A DNA stretch of 64,000 nucleotides, from positions 1,088,001 through 1,152,000 of the forward strand of contig CAXXLL010000003.1 in NCBI GenBank assembly GCA_963662545.2. Direction: 5' to 3'. The position numbers and the translations under genes were made by a program. The notes beneath the pieces were generated by a model. That model was given only the letters and a program-made list of their open reading frames with translations. It was not told the DNA's origin and searched no databases. Shown piece by piece: positions 20,291-30,987 of this stretch. This DNA is from Gammaproteobacteria bacterium. Lineage in GTDB: Bacteria; Pseudomonadota; Gammaproteobacteria; Ga0077536. The first letter of the stretch is position 1. Each line of letters begins with the position of its first letter.

Positions 20291-21928
20291 ATGACCCCAG
20301 CACTTCGTCTATTGCTAGCTCAGTGCAATTTCTGTGTGGGTGACATCAACGGCAATACCCGAAAGATTCTCGCCGTCAGTGAGCGCGCGCGTGACGAGTT
20401 CAATGCCGAGGTGTTGGTCTTTCCGGAACTGGCCGTGACCGGATATCCACCTGAGGATCTTTTATTCCGGCCGGCACTGCATCGCCGCGTCAAGCTTGCA
20501 CTCGACGAAATAGCGGCCGCTGCCCGTGGCATTCATATCCTGGTCGGCTACCCGGAAGCGGTAGGGGTTTCTCTCTACAACAGTTGCGCGGTCTTTTTCG
20601 AAGGAGAACGGGTTGCGAATTACCGCAAGCAGCACCTGCCGAACTACGCCGTTTTCGATGAAAAGCGTTATTTCGTCGCCGGTTCGCAGGCAACCGTCGT
20701 CGAAATCGGCACGATCAGTCTCGGCATTACGATTTGCGAGGACATCTGGTCACCCGGGATCGCCGTGCAGTCACGCGATGCGGGCGCGGAGATGATTTGC
20801 AACCTAAATGCGTCCCCCTACCATCTCGACAAACATGTACAAAGGATCGACGTTGTAAGCGCGGCCGCCCGGGCCGGGAATCTGCCAATCGCCTATGTGA
20901 ATACCGTTGGCGGGCAGGACGAGTTGCTTTTCGACGGCGGTTCGTTCGCTCTCGCCGCCGACGGCGAGCTTGCGGCGCAGGCGGGTGTCTTCGACGAAGA
21001 ACTTCTACCGCTCAAGATATCCCGGAGCGACGGAAACCTTTCGATTAGCGGTCCGGTTCGGCATCTCCCTGAGCTAGAAGAATCCGTTTACCAGGCGTTG
21101 GTCCTGGGCATCAGGGACTACGTTCACAAGAACCGTTTCGAAGGTTGCGTGCTGGGCTTGTCGGGCGGGATCGACTCGGCCTTGACGCTTACCCTCGCAG
21201 TGGACGCGCTGGGACCCGAGCAGGTATTGGCAATTTCAATGCCATCGAAGTACACCGCATCGATGAGCGTCGAGGACGCGCGTGAAGAGGCGGAACGGCT
21301 CGGCTGCGAATGTAAGATCGTGTCAATTGAAGAACCGGTGGGCGCATTTGCAGCGACGCTTGCCGGCGTGCTCGACGAAAGCGGCGGCGTGACAGCCGAG
21401 AACATCCAGGCGCGTTGCAGGGGGGTCATTCTGATGGCGGTCTCGAACGCGACCGGCCGCATCGTGCTTACGACCGGGAACAAAAGTGAGATGTCGGTCG
21501 GCTACGCGACGCTTTACGGCGACATGGCGGGGGGATTCGCGCCGCTGAAGGACATTCCGAAAATCTTAGTGTACCGTCTTGCGAAATGGCGCAATCATTC
21601 GGGCGTCGTCATTCCAACCCGCGTTATCGAACGTGAACCTTCGGCGGAACTCGCACCGGGGCAAAAGGATTCGGACTCGCTGCCTCCCTACGAAGTTCTG
21701 GACCCCATCCTCGAATATTACATCGAGGCCGATATGACGCCGCGGGAAATTTCTGAGAAAGGCTTCGATATCGACACGGTCGAGCGTGTCACGACGATGG
21801 TGGATCGCAACGAGTACAAGCGTCGCCAAGCGGCGCCCGGTGTCCGCATCAGCAGGAGAGCGTTCGGTCGAGATCGGCGCTTCCCGATCACCTCGCGATA
21901 CACCGAACATGAACCGTTGGATGATTAG
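20291..21928 (+). CDS. nadE: glutamine-dependent NAD+ synthetase
   Basis: Nitrilase domain (FPEL, ICEDIW) plus GLSGGIDSA, TGNKSE and EYKRRQ. Confidence 0.96.
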   Translation: MTPALRLLLAQCNFCVGDINGNTRKILAVSERARDEFNAEVLVFPELAVTGYPPEDLLFRPALHRRVKLALDEIAAAARGIHILVGYPEAVGVSLYNSCAVFFEGERVANYRKQHLPNYAVFDEKRYFVAGSQATVVEIGTISLGITICEDIWSPGIAVQSRDAGAEMICNLNASPYHLDKHVQRIDVVSAAARAGNLPIAYVNTVGGQDELLFDGGSFALAADGELAAQAGVFDEELLPLKISRSDGNLSISGPVRHLPELEESVYQALVLGIRDYVHKNRFEGCVLGLSGGIDSALTLTLAVDALGPEQVLAISMPSKYTASMSVEDAREEAERLGCECKIVSIEEPVGAFAATLAGVLDESGGVTAENIQARCRGVILMAVSNATGRIVLTTGNKSEMSVGYATLYGDMAGGFAPLKDIPKILVYRLAKWRNHSGVVIPTRVIEREPSAELAPGQKDSDSLPPYEVLDPILEYYIEADMTPREISEKGFDIDTVERVTTMVDRNEYKRRQAAPGVRISRRAFGRDRRFPITSRYTEHEPLDD

Positions 21929-21958
21929 AACCTATCTCAAAATTATCCATGTGTGCGC
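21926..21958. repeat. family B element left arm (partial) overlapping the nadE stop codon
   Basis: TAGAACCTATCTCAAAATTATCC matches the family B arm; no clear right arm. Confidence 0.7.
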
Positions 21959-22000
21959 CGCCGTAGGGGCCGCATTATCGGGCACACCCGTTCGAAGTCC

Positions 22001-22804
22001 TCAATGCACCACGGTGGCCTTGACTTCCTCGACGCCGGGGTGATTCGGGTAGTTGAGTTCGAGCACCCTGATCGCATCGCCCGCGAGGTCATTCAGGTCG
22101 AGAACCTTATATGACTTGGCGAGAAGAACCAGCGCCTCGGGCATCGCCGGCGTTTGCTGATAGTTCTCAACGACGTATCGCGCCCGATTCGCCGCCGCAA
22201 CGAAAGCGCCCCGACGCATATAGTAGTTTGCGACGTTGACTTCGTGTTGCGCGAGTATATTCCTCAAGTGCCTCATCCTGAGTTGTGCGTCCTCTACGTA
22301 GACACTTTCGGGAAAGCGCTGGATCAGCTCCCCGAAATCCTGGAAGGACTGCAACGAAGCACCCGGATCGCGCTGCGATGGATCCTTTGGCAGCCAGCGG
22401 TCGGTCAGACCCTTGCCGCGGCCGAAATTGATCAGGCCGCGCAGATAGAAAGCATAGGCCATGTGCGTGTGCGATGGATAAAGTTTGATGAACCTGTCGA
22501 TGGTGGCAATGGCCTGCCCGGGGTCGTCCGTGCGATAGTAACAGTACGAAAGTTCGAGCTGCGCCTGCTGTGTATATATGCCAAACGGATAGCGCGTTTG
22601 AAGCTTTTCGTAATACTCGATCGCGCCCTCACAGGATCCTGAATCGAGCCTGTCCTTCGCGGCGTAATACAAACGGTCTTCAGGCCACTTCTCCTCCTCG
22701 CGGTCCTTGTGGCTTTGGCTTTGGAAATACCCGCAGCCGGCACTCCCGGCGAGGGCTAGCAATAATAGGAGGCGACAGAGCTTGCTGATTCGATTGGCAT
22801 TCAT
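22001..22804 (-). CDS. bamD: outer membrane protein assembly lipoprotein BamD (ComL)
   Basis: Lipobox SAGC, YPFG..QQAQL, YYMRRGAFVAAANR; divergent from rluD. Confidence 0.95.
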   Translation of the reverse strand: MNANRISKLCRLLLLLALAGSAGCGYFQSQSHKDREEEKWPEDRLYYAAKDRLDSGSCEGAIEYYEKLQTRYPFGIYTQQAQLELSYCYYRTDDPGQAIATIDRFIKLYPSHTHMAYAFYLRGLINFGRGKGLTDRWLPKDPSQRDPGASLQSFQDFGELIQRFPESVYVEDAQLRMRHLRNILAQHEVNVANYYMRRGAFVAAANRARYVVENYQQTPAMPEALVLLAKSYKVLDLNDLAGDAIRVLELNYPNHPGVEEVKATVVH

Positions 22805-23050
22805 GTAGCGTAAAATTCCCGCATGGTTTCAGCGGCGGCGCGATTTGAGGGGCTCTATTGTAGAGGCTCGAATTTCGGTAACGCAATGAACTACGCTTAT
22901 CCGCTTGACCGGATGCGGGCAGGCCTCATCACATTAAAGCCTCGCGAGATTCGGTGATCATCGCGCCTTGCACCCAAATTGAAGTGCCTGAAGACTCAAA
23001 CTTCGAAACCATCGAGCATGACCGAACTGCGCATCGCCTGGATATCCTGA

Positions 23051-24031
23051 ATGGTTGAAAGCACTCACCAGCGGCACACCGCCCAGATTCCCAAAGCACT
23101 CACCGGTCAACGGCTCGACCAGGCACTGGCCAGTCTATTCTCCCAATATTCGCGCACGGCGATAAAGCAGTGGATAGAAAATGGCCTAGTCACAGTGAAC
23201 CTCGCGCCGGCGGGCCGCCCGAGCTGCAAAGTGAAGTTCGGCGATAAAATAGAATTCATCGCCGCGCTCGAAGCGTCCGTGGCTAGTCGCCCGCAGGCAG
23301 TCCGCTTCGAAATCGTCTACAGCGACGACGCGGTGATCGTCGTCGACAAGCCGTCTGGCCTCGTCGTTCACCCGGGCGCGGGCAACCCTGATCGCACGCT
23401 CGTGAACGGCCTGCTGTTCGCCTTTCCCGAGCTGGTGACACTCCCTCGCGCGGGATTGATCCACCGCATCGACAAAGACACCTCCGGTCTGCTCGTAGTC
23501 GGCCGCGATTCTGCAAGTTTCCAGGCAATGGTGCGCGCCTTGTCACGGCGAGAGATATCGCGACGGTACGACGCGATCGTCAACGGCGTGCTGGTCGGCG
23601 GTGGCACGATCGAAGCAGCGATCACCCGCGACCCGCGTCAACGCACACGCATGCGGGTGGCCGACAGCGGTCGCTCCGCCGTTACGCATTTTCGCGTCAG
23701 GAAGCGCTTCCGCGCGCATACGTTGATCGAAGTACAGCTGGAAACGGGACGCACTCATCAAATACGCGTGCACATGGCGTCACGCGGTCACCCGATTGTC
23801 GGAGATCCGAAATACGGAGGGCGGCGACGCCTGCCCCCCTCGCCCAGCGCTGGCTTGGCGACGAGCATCAGCAATTTTTCGCGCCAGGCACTGCACGCAC
23901 GCCGTTTGGAATTCGTGCACCCGGTCAGTAACGAAAAGATGTCGTTCGAAGCGCCTCTGCCGGACGACATGTCAGCGCTGATTTCAGCGCTCGAAAGAGA
24001 TCTGGCAGAGCACGGAAATAAGCCGTCATGA
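23051..24031 (+). CDS. rluD: 23S rRNA pseudouridine(1911/1915/1917) synthase
   Basis: S4 domain RLDQAL, HRIDKDTSGL, ETGRTHQIRVH. Confidence 0.96.
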   Translation: MVESTHQRHTAQIPKALTGQRLDQALASLFSQYSRTAIKQWIENGLVTVNLAPAGRPSCKVKFGDKIEFIAALEASVASRPQAVRFEIVYSDDAVIVVDKPSGLVVHPGAGNPDRTLVNGLLFAFPELVTLPRAGLIHRIDKDTSGLLVVGRDSASFQAMVRALSRREISRRYDAIVNGVLVGGGTIEAAITRDPRQRTRMRVADSGRSAVTHFRVRKRFRAHTLIEVQLETGRTHQIRVHMASRGHPIVGDPKYGGRRRLPPSPSAGLATSISNFSRQALHARRLEFVHPVSNEKMSFEAPLPDDMSALISALERDLAEHGNKPS

Positions 24032-24771
24032 ATACCCCCCTGCAGCTCATCGAACCTGAATGTTTCGAATCGGTTGCGGTCCGGGCGTGTTTTACCACAC
24101 GACTGGGGGGTTGCAGCGAGGCGCCCTTCGCGGGGTTAAACGTCGCGCTTCATGTCGGCGACGACCCCGCCGCCGTAGCCCGCAATCGCGCTAAAGTGCA
24201 GGAAAGGCTCGGTCTACAGCACACCCCGTGCTGGCTTGATCAAAAGCACGGCAACCGCGTGGTGCGCATCGATCAAGACGCGGGCAATTTATCCGCCGAT
24301 GCTTCGATAACGCGGACTCCGGGCCTGGTATGCGTGGTCATGGTCGCCGACTGCGTTCCGCTCCTGCTCTGTGATCGCGGCGGCACCGAAGTCGCCGCAA
24401 TTCATGCCGGGTGGCGGGGTCTGGAGACCGGCGTCATCGAGGCGACACTCGACGCATTTGCCGCCGCGCCTTCCGATCTCATCGCCTGGCTGGGGCCGTC
24501 GATTGGCTTAAACGCTTATCAGATCGGCGCCGATCTGCGACGGCGATTCACCGCAGCGGATCCGAATACGGCATCGGCCTTTGATAGGAAGGGTCCATCA
24601 TGGTATATGGACCTTACGCAGCTCGCGCGCAGGCAACTGGAACACGCCGGCGTCGAATTCGTCTATATCGACGGTCATTGTGTTTATCAATGCAGCGACC
24701 TGTTCTATTCATACCGTAGGGACGGCCGTACCGGTCGCATGGCAGGCTTGATTTGGATCGAGGGATCGTGA
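24028..24771 (+). CDS. pgeF: peptidoglycan editing factor / polyphenol oxidase family (YfiH)
   Basis: HVGDDP, ADCVPLL, HAGWRG, YSYRR..TGR. Confidence 0.94.
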   Translation: MNTPLQLIEPECFESVAVRACFTTRLGGCSEAPFAGLNVALHVGDDPAAVARNRAKVQERLGLQHTPCWLDQKHGNRVVRIDQDAGNLSADASITRTPGLVCVVMVADCVPLLLCDRGGTEVAAIHAGWRGLETGVIEATLDAFAAAPSDLIAWLGPSIGLNAYQIGADLRRRFTAADPNTASAFDRKGPSWYMDLTQLARRQLEHAGVEFVYIDGHCVYQCSDLFYSYRRDGRTGRMAGLIWIEGS

Positions 24772-25027
24772 GTTCTCCCTCTGGAGCGGGGGAAATCATC
24801 GCCGACACAAATTCGGCTGCGCTTCATCCATGTACCGGAATTGACCGGTCGTAACACAGGCTTAACCGGCCACGTGGCAGTCCTCGCGGCGCAGCGAATT
24901 CAACCCGAACGGCCGAGGAACCGATAGTTCGGTAACGGATTCACCGTTTTCTTCGTAAAGCGGTGAAATACATCGCAGGAGACGGTTTTGATCAACCGGT
25001 TTCCGGAACGAAGAGATAGGGGGCAAG

Positions 25028-26446
25028 ATGACGTCAATGCATGAATGGTCGTTTTCTAAGAGCGTGGATCAAATGGCGATGAAGGCCTTCGATGCGCTGT
25101 CTCTGGACGCGGGACTGGCGAATGCCATCAAGGCCTGCAACGCCGTACTGCAGGTGACCTTTCCGGTGGAAATCGACGGAAAAATACAGAATTTCACAGG
25201 TTGGCGAGCCGTGCACAGCACGCACCGGCTACCGTCAAAAGGGGGAATTCGCTACGCGCCGATCGTCAACCAGGACGAAGTTGAAGCGTTGGCCGCGCTG
25301 ATGACCTATAAATGCGCCATTGTCGATGTCCCCTTTGGCGGTTCAAAAGGCGGGTTGTTGATCGATCCCTCGAAATACGAGCGCAGCGACATGCAGCGCA
25401 TTACCCGCCGCTTCGCGCGCGAACTCGCGCGCCGCGGTTTCCTGAGTCCTTCGACGAACGTTCCGGCGCCGGACATGGGTACCGGCGAGCGGGAAATGGC
25501 GTGGATGATGGACACCTACAAGGTGCTTTACCCGGAAGACATTAACCATTCGGCCTGTGTGACGGGGAAGCCGGTTGCGCATGGCGGTATTCACGGGCGC
25601 AAGGAAGCGACAGGTCGCGGCGCGGTATTTGCATTACGGGAATTCTTCAGACACGCCGATGACGTCAAGGCCGCCGGCTTGTCCGGGCGACTCGGCGGCA
25701 AGCGCGTCGTCGTGCAAGGCCTGGGCAACGTCGGTTACCACGCGGCACTCATTCTCGAGGAGGAAGACGACGCCAAAATCATCGCGATTGGTGAACGCGA
25801 TGGCGCACTGGTCAAAGAATCAGGAATGTCAGTGCAGGCCGTCCGCGATTACATCAATGAAACCGGCGGCGTCACCGGATACCCGGATGCAGACTATTAC
25901 GCGGACGGCGCCAAAGTATTGGAAACAGAATGCGATATCCTGATTCCGGCTGCGCTCGAAGCGCAGATCCACGAAGGTAATGCTGATCGGATCCGGACCA
26001 AGCTCGTCTGCGAAGCGGCGAACGGACCCGTGACCTTCGAAGCCGATCGAATCCTGAAACAGCAGGGTATCACCGTGCTACCGGATGCTTACGTAAATGC
26101 GGGCGGCGTTACGGTTTCGTATTTCGAATGGATCCGCAATCTCGCACACATTCGTTTCGGCCGTATGGAGCGGCGCTACGATGAGATGCGCGGGCAATAC
26201 AACGTCGACGCTCTCGAAGAATTGACCGACCGGAAAATTCCGGATGCAGTTCGACGGAATCTCGTGAAGGGGGCCAATGAGCTGGACCTGGTGCGCTCGG
26301 GACTGGATGACACCATGCGTCTCGCCTATCAACAGATTCGTGAGGAATTGCACAGTAACGCCGCGATCGACGACTTTCGAACCGCCGCTTTTGCCGTTGC
26401 TATCCGTAAAATATCGCGCTCGTATCTGGATATCGGGATCAGCTGA
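25028..26446 (+). CDS. Glu/Leu/Phe/Val dehydrogenase, glutamate dehydrogenase with animal-type antenna insert
   Basis: KGGIRY, PFGGSKGG, PAPDMGT, QGLGNVG, EAANGP, NAGGVTVSYFEW. Confidence 0.92.
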   Translation: MTSMHEWSFSKSVDQMAMKAFDALSLDAGLANAIKACNAVLQVTFPVEIDGKIQNFTGWRAVHSTHRLPSKGGIRYAPIVNQDEVEALAALMTYKCAIVDVPFGGSKGGLLIDPSKYERSDMQRITRRFARELARRGFLSPSTNVPAPDMGTGEREMAWMMDTYKVLYPEDINHSACVTGKPVAHGGIHGRKEATGRGAVFALREFFRHADDVKAAGLSGRLGGKRVVVQGLGNVGYHAALILEEEDDAKIIAIGERDGALVKESGMSVQAVRDYINETGGVTGYPDADYYADGAKVLETECDILIPAALEAQIHEGNADRIRTKLVCEAANGPVTFEADRILKQQGITVLPDAYVNAGGVTVSYFEWIRNLAHIRFGRMERRYDEMRGQYNVDALEELTDRKIPDAVRRNLVKGANELDLVRSGLDDTMRLAYQQIREELHSNAAIDDFRTAAFAVAIRKISRSYLDIGIS

Positions 26447-26486
26447 ATGCGCCCGGCCCAAGAACGAGTTTGGAGCTGCTAACGTC

Positions 26487-26515
26487 CTTGATTTAGCGGG
26501 GCGCGACCCCGATAT
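26487..26515 (+). promoter_or_regulatory. sigma32 (RpoH) promoter of clpB
   Basis: CTTGAT-N14-CCCCGATAT resembles CTTGAA-N13/14-CCCCATNT, about 40 nt upstream of the clpB ATG. Confidence 0.65.
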
Positions 26516-26557
26516 GTCAGTTATAGACTAGGGCATAGCGATTCGAGGAACCATCTC

Positions 26558-29149
26558 ATGCGAGCGGACAAGATGACGAACAAATTCCAGATCGCCCTGA
26601 GCGAGGCGCAGAGCCTTGCCGTTGGCCGGGATCACCCGTTCATCGAACCACTTCACCTGATGGCTGCGCTGCTCGACCAGGAAGGCAGCACGGTCCGTCA
26701 GGTCTTGAGAACGACCGGCGTCGATGTGTCGCAACTGCGCGCCCAGCTCGGCCGCAGCATCGAACGACTGCCGAAAGTCGAAGGGGCCGCGGGCGAAGTT
26801 CATCCCTCCAATGCGCTGGTCAAACTGCTGAACGTCACCGATAAATTCGCGCAGGAACGCAAGGACGCCTACATCGCAAGTGAGTTGTTCGTCCTCGCAG
26901 CGCTTCAAGATCCCGGAGAACTCGGTCGTTTGCTCAAAGAGCTAGGCGCCGGGGAAGGACGTCTGCAGGACGCGATCGACAGTCTTCGGGGCGGTGAAGC
27001 AGTGGGCGATCCGAATGCCGAAGAACAGCGCCAGGCACTTGAAAAATACACCATCGATCTGACCGAGCGCGCGGAGCAGGGTAAGCTCGACCCAGTGATC
27101 GGTCGTGATGAGGAAATACGCCGTACCATCCAGGTTCTGCAACGCCGCACGAAGAACAACCCCGTTTTGATCGGTGAACCGGGCGTCGGTAAAACGGCGA
27201 TTGTCGAAGGGCTCGCGCAGCGCATCGTCAACCGTGAGGTGCCCGAAGCGCTGAAACGAAAGCGCGTGCTCTCACTCGATATGGGCGCGCTGATAGCGGG
27301 TGCGAAATACCGCGGCGATTTCGAGGAGCGCCTGAAAGCAGTCTTGAACGATCTCGCCAAACAGGGCGGCCAGATCATCTTGTTCATCGACGAACTACAC
27401 ACCATGGTCGGCGCCGGGAAGGCCGAAGGCTCCTTGGACGCCGGCAATATGCTGAAACCGGCGCTGGCGCGCGGCGAACTTCACTGCATCGGCGCGACGA
27501 CTCTGGACGAATACCGCCAGCATGTCGAGAAGGATGCTGCGCTGGAGCGTCGTTTTCAAAAAGTGCTGGTAGAAGAGCCGTCGATCGAAGACACCATCGC
27601 GATACTGCGGGGTTTGAAGGAGCGATACGCCGTACACCACGGCGTGGAGATCACCGATCCTGCAATCATCGCTGCGGCCAATCTTTCGAGCCGTTACATC
27701 TCCGATCGCCAACTTCCGGACAAGGCCATCGACCTGATAGACGAAGCGGCGAGTTGCATTAGCATCGAAATCGATTCCAAGCCCGAAAGTATGGATCGGC
27801 TGGACCGTCGCGCCATTCAGCTCAAAATCGAGCGCGAGGCACTGCGCAAGGAAACCGACGAAGCATCGAAACGCCGGCTCGATGATCTGGAAAAGCAAAT
27901 CGACGAAGTCGAAAAGGAATACGCCGATCTGGAGGAGATCTGGAAATCAGAGAAGGCCGCACTTGCGGACACACATCAGATCCAGGCTGATCTGGAGCGC
28001 GCTCGCATGGAATTCGACAACGCCAAACGGGCGAGCGATCTCAACCGCATGTCCGAACTGCAATACGGCATTATTCCCGAACTCGAAAAAAGGCTTGCCG
28101 GCGCCACTGATGACCAAAACTCATCGCAGCAATTGCTGCGCAACCGCGTTACTGGCGAAGAGGTGGCCGAAATCGTGTCGAAATGGACGGGGATACCCGT
28201 CGCCAAGATGCTCGAGGGTGAACGCGAAAAACTCCTCCGCATGGAGGATGCACTGCACGCCCGCGTCGTCGGCCAGGAAGAAGCAGTCGGCGGCGTCGCC
28301 AACGCCATTCGACGAGCACGCGCAGGGCTGTCCGACCCCAAGCGGCCCAACGGGTCGTTCCTGTTTCTCGGTCCGACGGGCGTTGGCAAAACCGAACTCT
28401 GCAAAGCCCTCGCTGAGTTCCTGTTCGACTCCGAGGACGCACTCATCCGGGTAGACATGTCCGAATACATGGAGAAGCACTCGGTTGCGAGGCTGATCGG
28501 AGCGCCACCCGGGTACGTGGGGTACGAAGAAGGCGGTTATCTGACCGAAGCGGTACGGCGCAAGCCCTATTCGGTCCTATTGCTCGATGAAATCGAAAAG
28601 GCACACCCCGAGGTGTTCAACATCCTGCTGCAGGTGCTGGATGACGGCCGGCTCACCGATGGGCACGGGCGCACGGTGGATTTTCGCAACACCGTCATCG
28701 TGATGACCTCGAACCTCGGCTCGGAGACGATCCAAGATATGACCGGCGAGCGTGATTACGAACAGATGAAAAATGCCGTAATGGCCATTGTATCCCACCA
28801 TTTCCGACCGGAATTCATCAACCGTATCGACGAGGTGGTGGTATTCCACGCGCTCGAGCAGGATCAGATCCGCGTCATTGCGGAAGTCCAGATCGCGGCG
28901 CTGAGGTCACGCCTCGCGCAGCAGGACCTGGCACTGGAAGTTACGCCTGCGGCGCTGGACAAGCTGGGCGAGGCGGGATTCGACCCCGTCTACGGCGCGC
29001 GCCCCCTCAAGCGCGCGATTCAGAACCTGCTCGAGACACCTCTCGCCGAAGCGATACTGAAAGGGCGCTACCACCCCGGCGACACGATCCACGTCGATTG
29101 CGCGGACAGCGGCCTGGTACTCGACACAGACGCGGCGCACGCCGCCTAA
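26558..29149 (+). CDS. clpB: ATP-dependent disaggregase ClpB
   Basis: Two AAA+ modules ([16 protein letters not shown]), coiled-coil M domain, GARPLKR. Confidence 0.98.
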   Translation: MRADKMTNKFQIALSEAQSLAVGRDHPFIEPLHLMAALLDQEGSTVRQVLRTTGVDVSQLRAQLGRSIERLPKVEGAAGEVHPSNALVKLLNVTDKFAQERKDAYIASELFVLAALQDPGELGRLLKELGAGEGRLQDAIDSLRGGEAVGDPNAEEQRQALEKYTIDLTERAEQGKLDPVIGRDEEIRRTIQVLQRRTKNNPVLIGEPGVGKTAIVEGLAQRIVNREVPEALKRKRVLSLDMGALIAGAKYRGDFEERLKAVLNDLAKQGGQIILFIDELHTMVGAGKAEGSLDAGNMLKPALARGELHCIGATTLDEYRQHVEKDAALERRFQKVLVEEPSIEDTIAILRGLKERYAVHHGVEITDPAIIAAANLSSRYISDRQLPDKAIDLIDEAASCISIEIDSKPESMDRLDRRAIQLKIEREALRKETDEASKRRLDDLEKQIDEVEKEYADLEEIWKSEKAALADTHQIQADLERARMEFDNAKRASDLNRMSELQYGIIPELEKRLAGATDDQNSSQQLLRNRVTGEEVAEIVSKWTGIPVAKMLEGEREKLLRMEDALHARVVGQEEAVGGVANAIRRARAGLSDPKRPNGSFLFLGPTGVGKTELCKALAEFLFDSEDALIRVDMSEYMEKHSVARLIGAPPGYVGYEEGGYLTEAVRRKPYSVLLLDEIEKAHPEVFNILLQVLDDGRLTDGHGRTVDFRNTVIVMTSNLGSETIQDMTGERDYEQMKNAVMAIVSHHFRPEFINRIDEVVVFHALEQDQIRVIAEVQIAALRSRLAQQDLALEVTPAALDKLGEAGFDPVYGARPLKRAIQNLLETPLAEAILKGRYHPGDTIHVDCADSGLVLDTDAAHAA

Positions 29150-29273
29150 CGATCAGCTAAATGGGGCGATTCGCAGAGCGAGCAGTTCTCAGAAATCGCC
29201 CGCTCCTGTAGCTATTTAGCGTCGATTAATCTACCATTTTGTGCGGTATCAACTGACCGGTGAGTTTAAGCCA

Positions 29274-30983
29274 ATGGCGGTATCAACTAACCGGGTGCCT
29301 CTTAGCGGCCTCGCGCGCAAGCTTGTCGCCGATGGGCTCCTCGAAGAAGAAGCGGCGGGCCAGGCGTTCCAGGACGCGCTCAGCAATAAAGTCCCCTTCG
29401 TAAAATTCCTGGTCGAAAACGGGCTTGGCGAGAGCAAGAACATCGCCCATGCGGCCTCCCAGGAGTTCGGCGTCCCCATGCTCGACATCGACGTCGTTGA
29501 GATCGATCCTGACATCGTCAAGGTGGTGAGTCAGGATTTGATTCAGAAACACGGAGCCTTACCGCTGTTCAAACGCGGTAATCGCGTGTTCATCGGGGTA
29601 TCCGACCCGACCAATCTGCAAGCGCTGGACGAGATTAAATTCAACATCGGTGGCGGCACGACCGAGGCTGTCGTCGTCGAATGGGAAAAACTGTCCAAGG
29701 CCCTCGAAGCGTCCGACGGCGGACTCGGCGACATGGAGGATTCCGACCTCGAAGATTTCGACGACCTCGAAGTCGGTGGCGAAGAGCCGGATCAGCAAGA
29801 CGACGTGGAAGTCGACGACGCGCCGGTCGTCCGCTTCGTCAACAAGTGCCTGCTGGATGCGATCAAAAAGGGCGCCTCGGACCTCCACTTCGAACCCTAC
29901 GAGAAAATCTACCGGGTACGGTTCCGTGTCGACGGCGTGCTGAGCGAAGTGGCGCGCCCACCGCTGGTGCTGTCAGGCAAAATCGCCGCCCGTATCAAGG
30001 TCATGTCGCGACTCGACGTGTCCGAGCGCCGTGTACCGCAGGACGGCCGCATCAAACTTAAACTCTCGAAGAACAAGTCCATCGACTTTCGTGTCAGCAC
30101 CTGCCCGACCCTGTTCGGGGAAAAGACTGTGATGCGTATCCTCGATTCCGACGCGGCGAAGCTGCAGATCGACCAACTCGGATACGAAGAGGTGCAGAAA
30201 GAAGTCTTCCTCAAGAATCTAATGAAACCCTACGGGATGTTCCTAGTCACGGGACCGACGGGTAGCGGGAAGACGGTTTCGCTTTATACCGGCATCAATA
30301 TCCTCAACACGGACGACGTGAACATCTCGACAGCGGAAGACCCGGTGGAAATCAACCTCACCGGCATCAATCAGGTTCAGGTCGACGAGAAAACGGGCAT
30401 GACATTTCCGAAGGCCCTGAAAGCATTCTTGCGTCAGGATCCGGACATCATCCTGGTCGGCGAGATCCGCGATCTGGAAACGGCATCGATCGCGGTGAAG
30501 GCCGCGCAGACCGGTCACATGGTGATGTCAACCTTGCATACGAACGACTGCCCCCAAACCCTGACCCGCCTTCAGGACATGGGTATCCAAGCGTTCGCTG
30601 TGGCGACCACCATCAATATCATCACCGGGCAGCGTTTGTGCCGCCGGCTGCATTCAGATTACAAAGTACCCGTTGACATGCCGCCCGAAGCGCTTCTCGA
30701 CGAGGGATTTCCGGAGGAATGGATCGAAGAGGGCATCAAGCTGTTCGGTCCCGGCGACGGTGGCGATGATTGCCCCAGCGGTTACAAGGGCCGCGCAGGC
30801 ATCTATCAGGTCATGCAGGTCTCCGACGCCATGCGTCGCCTCATCATGGAGGGCGCGAATGCGGTGCAGCTCGCCGATCGGGCTCTGGAGGAGGGAATTT
30901 GGGACATCCGTAAATCGGGGCTGGCAAAAGCTCGGGACGCAGTAACGAGTCTTGCAGAAGTCAATCGCGTGACAGTGGAGTAA
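29274..30983 (+). CDS. pilB: type IV-A pilus assembly ATPase
   Basis: LSGLARKLV N-terminus, ASDLHFEP, GPTGSGKT, LRQDPDIILVGEIRD; start placed at ATG 29274. Confidence 0.95.
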   Translation: MAVSTNRVPLSGLARKLVADGLLEEEAAGQAFQDALSNKVPFVKFLVENGLGESKNIAHAASQEFGVPMLDIDVVEIDPDIVKVVSQDLIQKHGALPLFKRGNRVFIGVSDPTNLQALDEIKFNIGGGTTEAVVVEWEKLSKALEASDGGLGDMEDSDLEDFDDLEVGGEEPDQQDDVEVDDAPVVRFVNKCLLDAIKKGASDLHFEPYEKIYRVRFRVDGVLSEVARPPLVLSGKIAARIKVMSRLDVSERRVPQDGRIKLKLSKNKSIDFRVSTCPTLFGEKTVMRILDSDAAKLQIDQLGYEEVQKEVFLKNLMKPYGMFLVTGPTGSGKTVSLYTGINILNTDDVNISTAEDPVEINLTGINQVQVDEKTGMTFPKALKAFLRQDPDIILVGEIRDLETASIAVKAAQTGHMVMSTLHTNDCPQTLTRLQDMGIQAFAVATTINIITGQRLCRRLHSDYKVPVDMPPEALLDEGFPEEWIEEGIKLFGPGDGGDDCPSGYKGRAGIYQVMQVSDAMRRLIMEGANAVQLADRALEEGIWDIRKSGLAKARDAVTSLAEVNRVTVE

Positions 30984-30987
30984 GCCA

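Noticed and set aside
29164-29201. Imperfect hairpin after clpB
   Set aside because: No U-tract and a weak inner stem, so not called as a terminator
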